Positions 26,592 through 37,073 of a DNA stretch of 64,000 nt are shown here, piece after piece. The stretch lies in contig JACRIV010000027.1 in the NCBI GenBank assembly GCA_016220005.1, positions 11,151 to 75,150 of the forward strand. Direction: 5' to 3'. A model generated the notes under the pieces. That model worked only from the letters and a program-made list of their open reading frames with translations. It was not told the origin of the DNA and did not search any database. The stretch is from Deltaproteobacteria bacterium (GTDB taxonomy: Bacteria; Desulfobacterota; Deferrimicrobia; Deferrimicrobiales; Deferrimicrobiaceae). Position numbers and translations under genes: made by a program. Each line of letters starts with the position of its first letter. The stretch's first letter is position 1.

Positions 26592-28547
26592 GTGGGTAGG
26601 AATATCGTTCAGAAGATCATCGATGCGCATTACGTGTCCGGGGACAAGAAGCCCGGCAAGGAAGTGGCCGTCCGGATCGACCAGACTCTCACCCAGGACG
26701 CGACCGGAACGATGGCGTACCTGCAGTTCGAGGCGATGGGCGTGCCCCGGGTGAAGACCGAAATATCGGTTTCCTACGTCGACCACAACACCCTCCAGGA
26801 GGGGTTCGAGAACGCCGACGACCACCTGTACCTCCAGACGGTCGCCGCCAAGCACGGGATCTTTTATTCCCGGGCGGGGAACGGGATCTGCCACCAGGTC
26901 CACCTGGAGCGTTTCGGCGCCCCCGGGAAGACGCTGCTGGGTTCCGACTCCCACACGCCGACCGGCGGCGGGATCGGGATGATGGCGATCGGGGCGGGCG
27001 GCCTGGACGTGGCGGTGGCGATGGCGGGCGGCCCGTTCTACATGACCTGTCCGAAGGTGATCAAGGTGAACCTCACGGGGCAGCTCCAGCCCTGGGTGGC
27101 GGCCAAGGACGTGATCCTGAAGCTCCTGGAGATCCTCACCACCAAGGGGAACGTGGGGTGCATCGTCGAATACGGCGGGGAGGGGGTCATGACCCTTTCC
27201 GTCCCCGAGCGCGCCACCATCACCAACATGGGCGCGGAGCTCGGCGTGACCACCTCGATCTTCCCGTCCGACAAGGTGACCAAGGCGTTCCTGAAAGCCC
27301 AGGGCCGGGAGGACAAGTGGGTCAAGCTCGCCGCCGACCCGTCCGCCAAGTACGACCGGGTGATCGACATCGACCTGTCCGAACTGGAGCCGATGGTCGC
27401 ACAGCCCCACAGCCCGGACAACGTCGCCCGGATCCGGGACATCAAGGGGAAGAAGGTCCACCAGGTGCTCGTCGGCTCGTGCACGAACGCTTCCTACAAG
27501 GACATCACCACCTTGGCGAAGATCCTCGACGGCCGGCTGATCAGCCCGAACGTCTCGTTCGGCGTCGCCCCCGGCTCGCGCCAGGTGCTCCAGATGGCGG
27601 CGAAGGAGAGCAGCATCGCCACCCTCGTCGGATCGGGCGCGAGGATACTGGAGACCGCATGCGGGTTCTGCATCGGGGCGGGGCAGGCGCCCCCCTCCGG
27701 CGGGGTCTCCGTGCGGACCAACAACCGGAACTTCGAGGGCCGGTCGGGGACGAAGGACGCCGGGATCTTCCTGGTTTCCGTCGAGACCGCCGCAGCGTGT
27801 GCCCTGAAGGGGGAGCTCGCCGACCCCCGGGAAGTGGCCGCCGAGATGGGGATCGAATACCCGGCCGTCAAGGTGCCCAAGAAGTTCCTCGTGGACGACT
27901 CGATGGTCCTGCTCCCCGCGGAGGACCCCTCCGGGGTGGAGGTGCGCCGCGGGCCGAACATCGGGAAGCCCCCGGAGAGCGTCCCCCTGCCGGAGACGAT
28001 CAAGGGCGAAGTCTCCCTGAAGGTGGGCGACAAGATCACGACCGACCACATCATGCCCGCCGGAGCCCGGCTGAAGTACCGGTCCAACATCGGCAAGTAC
28101 GCCGAGTACGTCTTCGAGGGGGTCGACGCCGCCTTCAGCAAGCGGGCGCTGGAAAACAAGGCCAGGGGGGTCCACAATGTGGTGGTGGGCGGGCTCTCCT
28201 ACGGACAGGGCTCCTCGCGGGAGCATGCGGCGATCTGCCCGAGCCACCTCGGGGTACGGGCGGTCATCACCAAGTCGTTCGAGCGGATCCATTCCGCCAA
28301 CCTGATCAACTTCGGGATCGTGCCGCTCCTGTTCGCCGACGATTCCGACTACGACCGGATCGCCCAGGGTGACCAGGTCGAGATCCCGAACGTCCGGGAA
28401 GCGATCCGGAAAGGGTCCTCGCTCAAGGCGAGAAACGTGACCAAGGGGTTCGACTTCGAGGTCCGGCACACCCTTACCGGCCGCCAGATCGACATCATCC
28501 TGGCCGGCGGGCGGCTGGCCTACACGAAGGAGAAGGGGTCGTTCTGA
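26592..28547 (+). CDS. acn: Aconitate hydratase (monomeric ~650-aa type)
   Basis: 651 aa. Fe-S ligand region ...SDSHTPTGGGIGMMAIGAGGLDVA...VGSCTNASYKD...CGFCIGAG, and a C-terminal swivel domain ...SSREHAAICPSHLGVRAVITKSFERIHSANLINFGIVPL. GTG start preceded by GAAGGAGGAGA. Confidence 0.9.
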   Translation: MGRNIVQKIIDAHYVSGDKKPGKEVAVRIDQTLTQDATGTMAYLQFEAMGVPRVKTEISVSYVDHNTLQEGFENADDHLYLQTVAAKHGIFYSRAGNGICHQVHLERFGAPGKTLLGSDSHTPTGGGIGMMAIGAGGLDVAVAMAGGPFYMTCPKVIKVNLTGQLQPWVAAKDVILKLLEILTTKGNVGCIVEYGGEGVMTLSVPERATITNMGAELGVTTSIFPSDKVTKAFLKAQGREDKWVKLAADPSAKYDRVIDIDLSELEPMVAQPHSPDNVARIRDIKGKKVHQVLVGSCTNASYKDITTLAKILDGRLISPNVSFGVAPGSRQVLQMAAKESSIATLVGSGARILETACGFCIGAGQAPPSGGVSVRTNNRNFEGRSGTKDAGIFLVSVETAAACALKGELADPREVAAEMGIEYPAVKVPKKFLVDDSMVLLPAEDPSGVEVRRGPNIGKPPESVPLPETIKGEVSLKVGDKITTDHIMPAGARLKYRSNIGKYAEYVFEGVDAAFSKRALENKARGVHNVVVGGLSYGQGSSREHAAICPSHLGVRAVITKSFERIHSANLINFGIVPLLFADDSDYDRIAQGDQVEIPNVREAIRKGSSLKARNVTKGFDFEVRHTLTGRQIDIILAGGRLAYTKEKGSF

Positions 28548-28724
28548 TTGGCGCGCGACGACTGGAAGTACTACGACGACGAGATGGACGAGGAGGGGGA
28601 GGACAAGAAGGTCCTCCCCCCCGAGAAGCAGTGTAAAAACTGCCTCCACTGGGTCCCGCGGGAGGCGCCGTCCTGCTCCTGGTGCGGGAAGCCTTTCGAG
28701 GACGACGGGAGGGACCGCTCCTAG
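28548..28724 (+). CDS. Small acidic zinc-ribbon protein (58 aa), putative
   Basis: TTG start immediately after the acn stop, with GGAGAAGGGG upstream. Sequence ARDDWKYYDDEMDEEGEDKKVLPPEKQCKNCLHWVPREAPSCSWCGKPFEDDGRDRS carries CxxC-x13-CxxC. Below the ORF-track size cutoff; tentative. Confidence 0.35.
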   Translation: MARDDWKYYDDEMDEEGEDKKVLPPEKQCKNCLHWVPREAPSCSWCGKPFEDDGRDRS

Positions 28725-28748
28725 GGTGTAACGTTCCCTCCCGCGCTG

Positions 28749-30734
28749 TTATTCGATCAGTGCAAACCTCGGCAGGACGCCCGCCGGGATCTCCTCCACG
28801 AACCGGGACGGCCGCGACAGCACCGTCCCGGAGGCGCGCTCGTAGATGTTGACCGGGTAGGTCATCACCAGCACGTCCTTGGCGCGGGTCGCCGCGACGT
28901 AGAGCAGCCGCCGCTCCTCCTCCATCTCTTCCTCCTCTTCCGCGGCCCGGGAGAGGGGGAGCTTTCCGTCCAGCACCCAGACGATGAAGACCGCCTTCCA
29001 CTCCAGCCCCTTGGCGGAATGGATCGTGGAGAGCGTCAAAGACTCCTCCTCCCCTTCCGGGGCGGCGATGTCCCCCACGGAGGCCTGGGGCGGCTCCAGG
29101 GTGATCTCGGAGAGAAAGTCCGACAGGGTCTTGTACCGGGCGCACAGCGATTCCAGGTGGTCGAGGTCCTTGAGCCGCCGCGGGTAGTCGTCGAACCGGC
29201 CCTCCATGAGGGGCCGGTAGTACCCGATCACTCGGGCCACGATCTCCGTCACCGGCAGCGTTCCGCCCTGTCCCCCGGCTTCCCGGCCCGATAGCTCCGA
29301 CAGCAGCTTCGCCAGCAGCGAAGCCTCCTCGGATCCTCTCCTCTTTTTCAGGGTGGAAAGGACCGGAAGGAGCGAAGCTTCCTCGTGGGCCCGCCGGTAA
29401 AGGTCGGCGCTGACCTTCCTTCCGATGCCCGGGACAAGCATGAGCGCCCGCGACAGGCTCAGGGTGTCCCGCGGGTTGTCGATCACCCGCAGGTGAGCGA
29501 TCACGTCCTTGACGTGGGCCGTCTCGAGGAACTTGAACCCCCCGAACTTCCGATAGGGGATGTGCCGTTTGGCAAGCTCCAGCTCCAAATCGAAAGACAG
29601 GTAGGCGGCGCGGAACAGGACGGCGATCTCGCTCAAGGGGATCCCTTGCTCCTCGTGCAGCTCGAGGATCCGGTCGGCCACGAAGGCGGACTGGATCCGC
29701 TCGTTGGGGGCGGACAGGAGCGCCGCCTTCTCCCCCCCGGAGCGGGAGGTGAAGAGCCGCTTCGGGAACTTCTCCGCGGCCCGGGCGATGATCTCGTTGG
29801 TGACGTCCAGGATCGGCTGCCGGCTGCGGTAGTTCTCCTCCAGGAACACCACTTTCGCCCCGGGAAAGTCCGCGGGGAAGTCCATGATGTTCCGGAAGTT
29901 CGCTCCCCGGAACGAGTAGATGCTCTGCGAGTCGTCGCCCACGGCCATCACGTTGTCGTGGGCCGCCGCCAGGAGGCGCAGGATCTCCGCCTGGATCCGG
30001 TTGGTGTCCTGGTATTCGTCCACCAGGACGTGCCGGTAGGTTTCGGACACCGCGCGGCGGATCGGCTCGTTTTCCCGGAGGAGGGCGACCAGCCGGACCA
30101 GGAGATCGTCGTAGTCCATCAGGTTCCTCTCCCGCTTGGTCCGCTCGTACAGGCGTTGGATCGCGAGGATATCCCCCAGGCAGTACAGGAAGTGGGGCGC
30201 CTCCCGCTCCACGGCCGGCTCGATCTCCTCCTCGCGGTTCACCGCCCGGCTGAAGAGGTCCGCCAGGGTCTCCTTCTTGGGGAAGCGTACGGTCTTGTGC
30301 CCCGCGTGGATCTCGTGCCGCAGGAGGCCGATGAGGTCCTGAGCGTCCGCCCGGTCGAGGATGGTGAAGTTCTCGCCGAAGCCCGCGGCGGACGCGTAGC
30401 GCCGCAGGAGGGAGTTGGCGAAGGCATGGAAGGTCCCGCCGGCGACTTTCTCGCACCGGCGGTCCAGGAGGAGGGCCGCCCTCCGGAGCATCTCTTCCGA
30501 AGCCCTGCGGGTGAAGGTGAGCAGGAGGATGGAAGAGGGCGTGTGCCCGAGCTCCACGAGGCGTGCGACGCGGTAGATGAGGGTGCGGGTCTTTCCCGTC
30601 CCCGCCCCCGCGACTACCAGGAGGGGGCCGTCGCCGTGGAGCACCGCCTCCGCCTGGCGGGGGTTGAGGGCCTTCTCGTAGTCGATCTTGCCGCCGGGTG
30701 CGGGGATCTCGCGAATCGAATATCGTTTCTCCAA
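28749..30734 (-). CDS. uvrD: UvrD/PcrA/Rep family ATP-dependent DNA helicase
   Basis: Walker A ...LLVVAGAGTGKTRTLIYRVARL, then motifs II–VI (...YRHVLVDEYQDTNRIQAEIL..., ...LEENYRS..., ...TIHSAKGLEWKAVFIV...LLYVAATRAKDVL). Start set at TTG 30734 (preceded by AGGAGAG), because the M1 codon of the ORF track lies inside repeat A2. Confidence 0.8.
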   Translation of the reverse strand: MEKRYSIREIPAPGGKIDYEKALNPRQAEAVLHGDGPLLVVAGAGTGKTRTLIYRVARLVELGHTPSSILLLTFTRRASEEMLRRAALLLDRRCEKVAGGTFHAFANSLLRRYASAAGFGENFTILDRADAQDLIGLLRHEIHAGHKTVRFPKKETLADLFSRAVNREEEIEPAVEREAPHFLYCLGDILAIQRLYERTKRERNLMDYDDLLVRLVALLRENEPIRRAVSETYRHVLVDEYQDTNRIQAEILRLLAAAHDNVMAVGDDSQSIYSFRGANFRNIMDFPADFPGAKVVFLEENYRSRQPILDVTNEIIARAAEKFPKRLFTSRSGGEKAALLSAPNERIQSAFVADRILELHEEQGIPLSEIAVLFRAAYLSFDLELELAKRHIPYRKFGGFKFLETAHVKDVIAHLRVIDNPRDTLSLSRALMLVPGIGRKVSADLYRRAHEEASLLPVLSTLKKRRGSEEASLLAKLLSELSGREAGGQGGTLPVTEIVARVIGYYRPLMEGRFDDYPRRLKDLDHLESLCARYKTLSDFLSEITLEPPQASVGDIAAPEGEEESLTLSTIHSAKGLEWKAVFIVWVLDGKLPLSRAAEEEEEMEEERRLLYVAATRAKDVLVMTYPVNIYERASGTVLSRPSRFVEEIPAGVLPRFALIE

Positions 30735-30793
30735 GACTCTCCTCGCTACCAGCTGTGGTTCGGCGCTACCATCATGTATTATGCCGCCGATGC

Positions 30794-31011
30794 GTGAGGC
30801 GCTTAGCCTACGGGGGCTCCGTGCTCGCATCGTCGCCTGCGGCTCCCCTGCATATTACTCCACGTGCCACGCGGTGCTCTCCTCGCACTTCGGTCACCCG
30901 CCGTCGCCCGCCAAGCCGGTTTGTTGCGACGGTAGTGTGCTTGAGACAGACGGTTCCGCCGCGGCGTCTCGCTTGCGCCGGACCCCCCTTCGGCTGCGCC
31001 TCACGCACACG
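30794..31011. repeat. Intergenic repeat family A, copy 2
   Basis: Left block ...cgggggctccgtgctcgcatcgtcgcctgcggctcccc (30810-30849) and right block ggttccgccgcggcgtctcgcttgcgccggaccccccttcggctgcgcct (30953-31011) match copy 1 at ~90% identity. The ~100-nt core is unrelated. Confidence 0.6.
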
Positions 31012-31041
31012 ATACTTTGCCCGAACCATGTTGCGCAGCAC

Positions 31042-31842
31042 TTACGCGGCGTAGCAGTACAGGCAGCCGTGGCGGCAGGTGCGGTAGGAGCCGATGTCCC
31101 GGGACGCGGAGCACAGGCAGCCGGGGCGCGACGGCGCGGGCGACGCCGGGATCTCCGCGCCGGGCCACAACGACCGCAGGTACGGGCCGTCCACGCAGGC
31201 GCCGGCGGGAACGCCCCAGTCGGCGAGCAGCGGGGTGCAGCAGGATTGGACGGCGAATCCCCTCGCTTTCCCGATTTCGAGGAGGCGCTCCACGGCGGTC
31301 CGCAGGCGGTCGTCCGGTCCCCAGATTCCACGAACGCCCCGCGTCGCCCTCAGGCTCTTCCGATATGGGTGGGCGATGCTCAAGGTGCAGCGGCCCGACA
31401 TGCCGGCGAGCGCGGCGGAGATCCGCTCGAAGCGCGCAACGAGCGCCTCGGGATCCTCGCCGGGGAGGAGGGGATCGAACCTCCAGAGGACGCGCCCGGG
31501 GCCGACCCGTTCCGAGAGCTCCCGGAAAGCGGAGACGGCCTCCTCGACCGCCGGAACGCAAGGCTCCAATTCGCGGGGAAGCCCCGTCAGGGTGAACTGG
31601 AAGATCGACCGATACCCTTCCCGTTCGAGGCGGGCAAGGACGGGGAAGAAGGGACGGGGGTCGCGCGTCCAGAAGACGAAGGCCGCCAGCTGGTCCCGGG
31701 CGAGCGAGACGGCGGCGGGCCGGCCGGAGTAAGGATTACGGTATTCCGCCATCCCCGCGGACAGGCAGGAGGAGAACCATTCCGAGTGGAAGGCCGGGAT
31801 GTCGGTGCGCCGGGACGCGCTGATGATTACGGACGAGGACAC
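31042..31842 (-). CDS. DUF1848 domain protein (C-terminal Cys cluster, putative Fe-S)
   Basis: Starts ..IISASRRTDIPAFHSEWF (conserved DUF1848 N-terminus). C-terminal CLCSASRDIGSYRTCRHGCLYCYA. GTG start at 31842 directly abuts AAGGAG, an unusually short spacing. Confidence 0.65.
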   Translation of the reverse strand: MSSSVIISASRRTDIPAFHSEWFSSCLSAGMAEYRNPYSGRPAAVSLARDQLAAFVFWTRDPRPFFPVLARLEREGYRSIFQFTLTGLPRELEPCVPAVEEAVSAFRELSERVGPGRVLWRFDPLLPGEDPEALVARFERISAALAGMSGRCTLSIAHPYRKSLRATRGVRGIWGPDDRLRTAVERLLEIGKARGFAVQSCCTPLLADWGVPAGACVDGPYLRSLWPGAEIPASPAPSRPGCLCSASRDIGSYRTCRHGCLYCYAA

Positions 31843-31915
31843 CTCCTTATTCTAGCACCCGGTCTGCTGAGCGGCCCATTACGGAAATGAGCCGCTCAGC
31901 GACGGCCTGCCGATC

Positions 31916-32245
31916 TTATGGTGCGACGCGACCGTTGTGCTTGGCGCGGTAGATGTGCCGGCTCGAGTGGTTCAGGCGCTTCTGGACTCTCGCGCGTTCG
32001 ACGGGGGTGAAATCCCCGTCCGACTTGAACCGCCGCTCCTGCCGCTCGATCCGGGCCTGCTCCCTTTCGAGCCGGGCCGCCTCGCCGGGGGTGAGGGACC
32101 CACTCTGGACCCCTTGGTAGATCCGCCTCTGCTGGTTGCGCTGCCGCTGCTCGATCCCCGGGGAGGCCGTGTCTCCCGCGATGACCGGTGCCGCCACCGC
32201 GATGGCCAGGGTCGCCGCCACCATCGCCATGATTCCCTTTCTCAT
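31916..32245 (-). CDS. Small secreted protein (109 aa) with an Arg/Gln/Glu-rich helical region
   Basis: Real start MRKGIMAMVAATLAIAVAAPVIAG (ATG 32245 preceded by GAAGGAGGG) is a signal peptide. Body ...QRQRNQQRRIYQGVQSGSLTPGEAARLEREQARIERQERRF... looks like a periplasmic stress-protein-like coiled coil. No firm family assignment. Confidence 0.5.
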   Translation of the reverse strand: MRKGIMAMVAATLAIAVAAPVIAGDTASPGIEQRQRNQQRRIYQGVQSGSLTPGEAARLEREQARIERQERRFKSDGDFTPVERARVQKRLNHSSRHIYRAKHNGRVAP

Positions 32246-32322
32246 TGTCCTGCCCTCCTTCGGTTGAGGATGTGATCCGTTCTTGGCGGAGTAAACCCGG
32301 GAGGCGGGAAAAAGTTTCTTCC

Positions 32323-32351
32323 TTGACAGGGTCGGGGCCGATTGGTAGATT
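32323..32351 (+). promoter_or_regulatory. Sigma-70-type promoter of cspA
   Basis: TTGACA (32323-32328), a 17-nt spacer, then TAGATT (32346-32351), ~30 nt upstream of the csp start codon. Confidence 0.45.
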
Positions 32352-32382
32352 TTCGGCAGCAATCCGAAGGAGGTAAGGGCAA

Positions 32383-32583
32383 GTGGCTCAGGGCACGGTG
32401 AAGTGGTTCAACGACGCGAAGGGTTATGGATTCATCGCGCAGGAAGGCGGACCGGATGTCTTCGTGCACTTCAGCGCGATCAAGGCGGAAGGGTTCCGGT
32501 CGCTGAAGGAGGGCGAGCGCGTCCAGTTCGATATCACCGAAGGCCCCAAGGGTCCGCAGGCCGCCAACGTCGTCAAGGCGTAA
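32383..32583 (+). CDS. cspA: Cold-shock protein (CspA family)
   Basis: (M)[62 protein letters not shown], with canonical RNP1 and RNP2 motifs. GTG start preceded by AAGGAGGT. Confidence 0.9.
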   Translation: MAQGTVKWFNDAKGYGFIAQEGGPDVFVHFSAIKAEGFRSLKEGERVQFDITEGPKGPQAANVVKA

Positions 32584-32613
32584 ACGGCCCGTCCCTGGCC
32601 TCCCACGGCCACA

Positions 32614-32658
32614 GGGGACATCTCATTAGCTCGAGTGTTACGTTGAATGAGTGTCCCC
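32614..32658 (+). terminator. Long imperfect hairpin downstream of cspA (weak terminator or mRNA-stabilising structure)
   Basis: ggggacatctcatt ...18 nt... aatgagtgtcccc: a 13–14-bp stem with one bulge. There is no U-tract after it, and it overlaps the possible GTG start of nfi. Confidence 0.3.
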
Positions 32659-33352
32659 TCCCATGACGACCGGGAAGATCCCCCCTTTCGCGACGACGAT
32701 CGAGGAGGCCCGCCGGGTCCAGGAGCGCCTCCGCGAGACGGTGCGCCTGGTCCGCCTTCCTCTCGACCACATCCGGCTGGTCGGGGCGGCGGACGTCACC
32801 TTCCTCGGCGAAAAGGAGACCGTGGCGGCCGCCTTCGTCGTCACCGACTTGGAAAGCGGAAAGGTGGTCGAGGAAAAGACCGCCGTGCGCCGGACCGATT
32901 TCCCCTACGTTCCCGGGTACCTCACCTTCCGGGAGGGGCCGGCCGTCCTGGCCGCGTGGCGGAAGATCCGCCGCAAGCCCGACGTCATCCTTTTCGACGG
33001 ACAGGGGATCGCCCATCCCCGCCGGTTCGGCATCGCCTCGCACGTAGGAGTGCTCTTGGATATGCCGAGCGTCGGTGTGGCGAAGAAGCGGCTCGTGGGC
33101 GAGTATTCTCCGCCGGGACCCCGGCGGGGGGATTGGACCCCTCTCCTTTACGAAGGGGAGACCGTGGGGGCGGTGGTCCGCACGCGGGAGGGGGTCAAGC
33201 CGGTCTTCGTGTCGGTGGGGCACCTGGCGGACCTTCCCTCCGCCGTCTCTCTCGTGCTGCGTCTCTGTTCGCGGTATCGGCTCCCCGATCCGGCGAGGCG
33301 CGCCCACCAGCTGACCCGGGAGCTGCGAAAAGAAGGGTCTCCCGGGAATTAA
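32651..33352 (+). CDS. nfi: Endonuclease V (deoxyinosine 3'-endonuclease)
   Basis: Endonuclease V family motifs ...VGAADVTF...PYVPGYLTFREGPAVLAAWRKI...PDVILFDGQGIAHPRRFGIASHVGVLLDMPSVGVAKKRL. The start may be ATG 32663 (MTTGK...) rather than GTG 32651. Confidence 0.8.
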   Translation: MSPPMTTGKIPPFATTIEEARRVQERLRETVRLVRLPLDHIRLVGAADVTFLGEKETVAAAFVVTDLESGKVVEEKTAVRRTDFPYVPGYLTFREGPAVLAAWRKIRRKPDVILFDGQGIAHPRRFGIASHVGVLLDMPSVGVAKKRLVGEYSPPGPRRGDWTPLLYEGETVGAVVRTREGVKPVFVSVGHLADLPSAVSLVLRLCSRYRLPDPARRAHQLTRELRKEGSPGN

Positions 33353-33765
33353 AACTCCAGGACCTCTACCTGGTCTTCCCCGAGGTTGTCGGCAAGCGTC
33401 CAGAACCGGGCCTTTCCATGGGGGAGCCGTAGGAGGACGAAGGCAGGGTCGTCCGCGGAAAACCTTTTCAGGTAATCCCGCTCGTCGATCAGTCTCTGCT
33501 TCTTTCCGCGATCGTCGACGATCTCGAACTCCCCCGTGATGCGCAGCATCTTGCTGAAATCCCTGGAGCAGTAGCAGAGCTCGACATTCCTGTTCCCGCT
33601 GATCTGCCGAAAGACGCTCTTCGTCGCTCCCGTAGTGAAATGGATCTTCCCGTCCTCGAACAGGACGGACAGAAATGCCCGGACGCGGGGCTGGTCCCCG
33701 TCGACGGTGGCGACGCTGCACACGGGGTTTTCCCGGACGAAATCCAGGACGTCTTCATAGCGCAT
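33349..33765 (-). CDS. Pyridoxamine 5'-phosphate oxidase family (FMN-binding split barrel) protein
   Basis: Starts MRYEDVLDFVRENPVCSVATVDGDQPRVRAFLSV..., the PNPOx-like fold signature (ATG 33765 preceded by GGGAGGAAG). Its stop overlaps the nfi stop (convergent). Confidence 0.7.
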   Translation of the reverse strand: MRYEDVLDFVRENPVCSVATVDGDQPRVRAFLSVLFEDGKIHFTTGATKSVFRQISGNRNVELCYCSRDFSKMLRITGEFEIVDDRGKKQRLIDERDYLKRFSADDPAFVLLRLPHGKARFWTLADNLGEDQVEVLEF

Positions 33766-33837
33766 GTCGGTCTTCCTCCCTGGTGGGGCCGTTTTCCTCA
33801 GGAGCATTATGCGTGAGAAGGATCGACCGGGCTTTCA

Positions 33838-34749
33838 CTATTCGATCAATTTGTTTATGGATGCCGCCATTCCCGTTTTCTTCCTGTACGAGGAGGGGGA
33901 TACCCCGTATTTCCTGGTGAACCGCGCGGAAAGGTAAGCGGCGCTGCCGAACCCGCAGTCGAGCGCGATCTCCGTGATGGTCATGTCTCCGGCGAGGAGC
34001 ATTTTTTTCGCCCGGTCAAGACGGATCCGGAGGAGGTATTCGATCGGCGCCTGCCCGGTCTCCTCCCGGAACACGCGGGAAAGATGCGAAGGAGACATGC
34101 GGGCGATCCGTGCAAGCCCCTCGACGGTGATCTTCTCGCCCGGATGGGTATGCATGTGCTCGACCACCCTGTCGATCTCCACGCGGGAGGAAACACGGTC
34201 CCGCATCTCGGGATATCGCCGCGCGCTCCGGATGAGCGCGTGGCAGATCTGGACGCCCAGCGCCTCCAGCACCTCTTCCGACCCCGGGCCGGAATTGTCG
34301 GCCTCGATCATGAAGGATTTCAGAAGGGGCAGCAGGGTCGAAGGGGGGTCGAGGAATTCTCCGCGGAAGATCCGTTTCCCCGATTCCGGATACCGGCGAT
34401 AGTGCTTCTCGAAGAATCGCTTCTTGACGAAAACCGCGATGTACCTCGGCGGGGTATCCGACGGGGCCTCCTCGTGCTCGATTCCCGGGGAAAGGGCGAA
34501 GAGCTTTCCCGGCGAGGTGACGAGCGCCTTCCCGTCGATCCGGATCGCGTTGTTTTCGTCAAAGGGGAGGATGAACATGTAGGAGGGGTGGCTGTGCCGG
34601 GGGGTCCGGGCGTAGAAGCAGGCCCCGCCCACCGGCACGAACAGGCCGAGATCCCTCCCCACGAAACAATCCACGTAGCGAAGCTGCTCCGGGGTTGCGT
34701 TCCCCACGAGCTTGCGGATTTTTCCGAGAGGGAGTTCCATGAGGTCCAC
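33838..34749 (-). CDS. AraC family transcriptional regulator
   Basis: N-terminal cupin-like sensor domain. C-terminal double HTH ...ITVEGLARIARMSPSHLSRVFREETGQAPIEYLLRIRLDRAKKMLLAGDMTITEIALDCGFGSAAYLSARFTRKYGVSPSSYR. Confidence 0.8.
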   Translation of the reverse strand: MDLMELPLGKIRKLVGNATPEQLRYVDCFVGRDLGLFVPVGGACFYARTPRHSHPSYMFILPFDENNAIRIDGKALVTSPGKLFALSPGIEHEEAPSDTPPRYIAVFVKKRFFEKHYRRYPESGKRIFRGEFLDPPSTLLPLLKSFMIEADNSGPGSEEVLEALGVQICHALIRSARRYPEMRDRVSSRVEIDRVVEHMHTHPGEKITVEGLARIARMSPSHLSRVFREETGQAPIEYLLRIRLDRAKKMLLAGDMTITEIALDCGFGSAAYLSARFTRKYGVSPSSYRKKTGMAASINKLIE

Positions 34750-34835
34750 GGGAGCCCGGCGGCGCTCCGGAAAAACCGAACGGCGGCCCCGTTCATCGGG
34801 CCGCCGTTCGCAAGGGGGATCGGTTGCCGGCCTAT

Positions 34836-35234
34836 CTACCTGCCCGGCTGCGCCGGGGCTGCGGGCGCCTGCGCGGGCGGCGCCCCGCCGGGGGCGGGCA
34901 AAGCCCCGCCCGGCGCATTAGGCATCCCGGGCTGCTGTCCCGGCGGGATGACGGGTCCGGGCATCGCCGACGCCGGCGCGCCTTTCATGATGGTGGAGGA
35001 AACCCTCCCGCCGGCGAAGTAGGCGAGGAAGAGCGAAGTGATCATGAAGACCACGGCGGCCCCCGCCGTCAGCTTGCTCAGGAAACTGGTGGGCCCGGTG
35101 GAGCCGAACAGCGTCTGGGACGACCCGCCGCCGAAGACGGCTCCGATGTCCGTCCCTTTCCCCGTCTGGAGAAGGATGATGAGAATCAAGGTGATGGATA
35201 CGATCACGTGCAGGATGACTATGAGTGTGTACAT
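34836..35234 (-). CDS. secG: Preprotein translocase subunit SecG
   Basis: MYTLIVILHVIVSITLILIILLQTGKGTDIGAVFGGGSSQTLFG...; two TM segments plus a Pro/Gly/Ala-rich tail. Directly downstream of tpiA, the conserved tpiA-secG pairing. Confidence 0.8.
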   Translation of the reverse strand: MYTLIVILHVIVSITLILIILLQTGKGTDIGAVFGGGSSQTLFGSTGPTSFLSKLTAGAAVVFMITSLFLAYFAGGRVSSTIMKGAPASAMPGPVIPPGQQPGMPNAPGGALPAPGGAPPAQAPAAPAQPGR

Positions 35235-35256
35235 TGCGCCCTTCCGGATCCCTCCG

Positions 35257-36009
35257 TTATTGGAACTTCACGATATTTGCGAACACGTCGGCTTTCAGGC
35301 TCGCCCCGCCGACCAGCGCCCCGTCGATATCATTCCGCCCCATCAGGTCGGCGATGTTCTCCGGCTTGACGGAGCCCCCGTAGAGGATGCGGACGGACCG
35401 GGCAGCCGTAGCCCCCCATAGCTCGGATAGGAGGCCCCGAAGGAAGGCGTGGACCTCCTGGGCCTGCGCGGGCGTGGCCGTCCTTCCCGTCCCGATCGCC
35501 CAGACCGGCTCGTAGGCGACGATGACCCGGGAGGAGTCGGAAGCGGGAATACCGGCCAGACCCGTCCGGAGCTGCCGTTCGACCACCTCGAACGTCCTTC
35601 CTTCCTCCCGCTCCGAGAGCGTTTCCCCGAGGCACATGACGGGCACGAGGCCCGAAGCCAGAGCGGCCTTGACTTTGCGGTTGACGGAGTCGTCGGTCTC
35701 GGCGAAATACTGCCTCCGCTCCGAGTGGCCGATGATCGCGTACGCGGCCCCGGCGTCCTTCACCATGCCGGGCGAGACCTCTCCCGTATAGGCGCCCTCC
35801 TCGGCGAAGTGCATGTTCTGCGACGCCACGCCGACGTTGGTCCCCGCCGTCAGCGCCGCGACCGGTCCGAGGGAGGGGAAGGGGGGGGCAAGGACGATCT
35901 CGACCCCCGTGACGCCCGAGACGAGAGGGAGAAGCTCCTTCACGAAAGCGGTCGCCTCCCCCATCGTCTTGTACATCTTCCAGTTGCCGGCGATGAGCGG
36001 AATCCGCAT
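35257..36009 (-). CDS. tpiA: Triose-phosphate isomerase
   Basis: MRIPLIAGNWKM...AYEPVWAIGTG...ILYGGSVK; 250 aa. Confidence 0.9.
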   Translation of the reverse strand: MRIPLIAGNWKMYKTMGEATAFVKELLPLVSGVTGVEIVLAPPFPSLGPVAALTAGTNVGVASQNMHFAEEGAYTGEVSPGMVKDAGAAYAIIGHSERRQYFAETDDSVNRKVKAALASGLVPVMCLGETLSEREEGRTFEVVERQLRTGLAGIPASDSSRVIVAYEPVWAIGTGRTATPAQAQEVHAFLRGLLSELWGATAARSVRILYGGSVKPENIADLMGRNDIDGALVGGASLKADVFANIVKFQ

Positions 36010-36013
36010 CGCC

Positions 36014-37048
<1,035 letters not shown>

Positions 37049-37073
37049 TCAGGGGAATTAAAAAGAGTTTAAA

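Noticed and set aside
26484-28649. 721-aa minus-strand ORF
   Set aside because: Antisense to aconitase.
28495-30797. 653-aa (-) and 470-aa (+) ORFs
   Set aside because: Off-frame or antisense shadows of the uvrD-like helicase gene.
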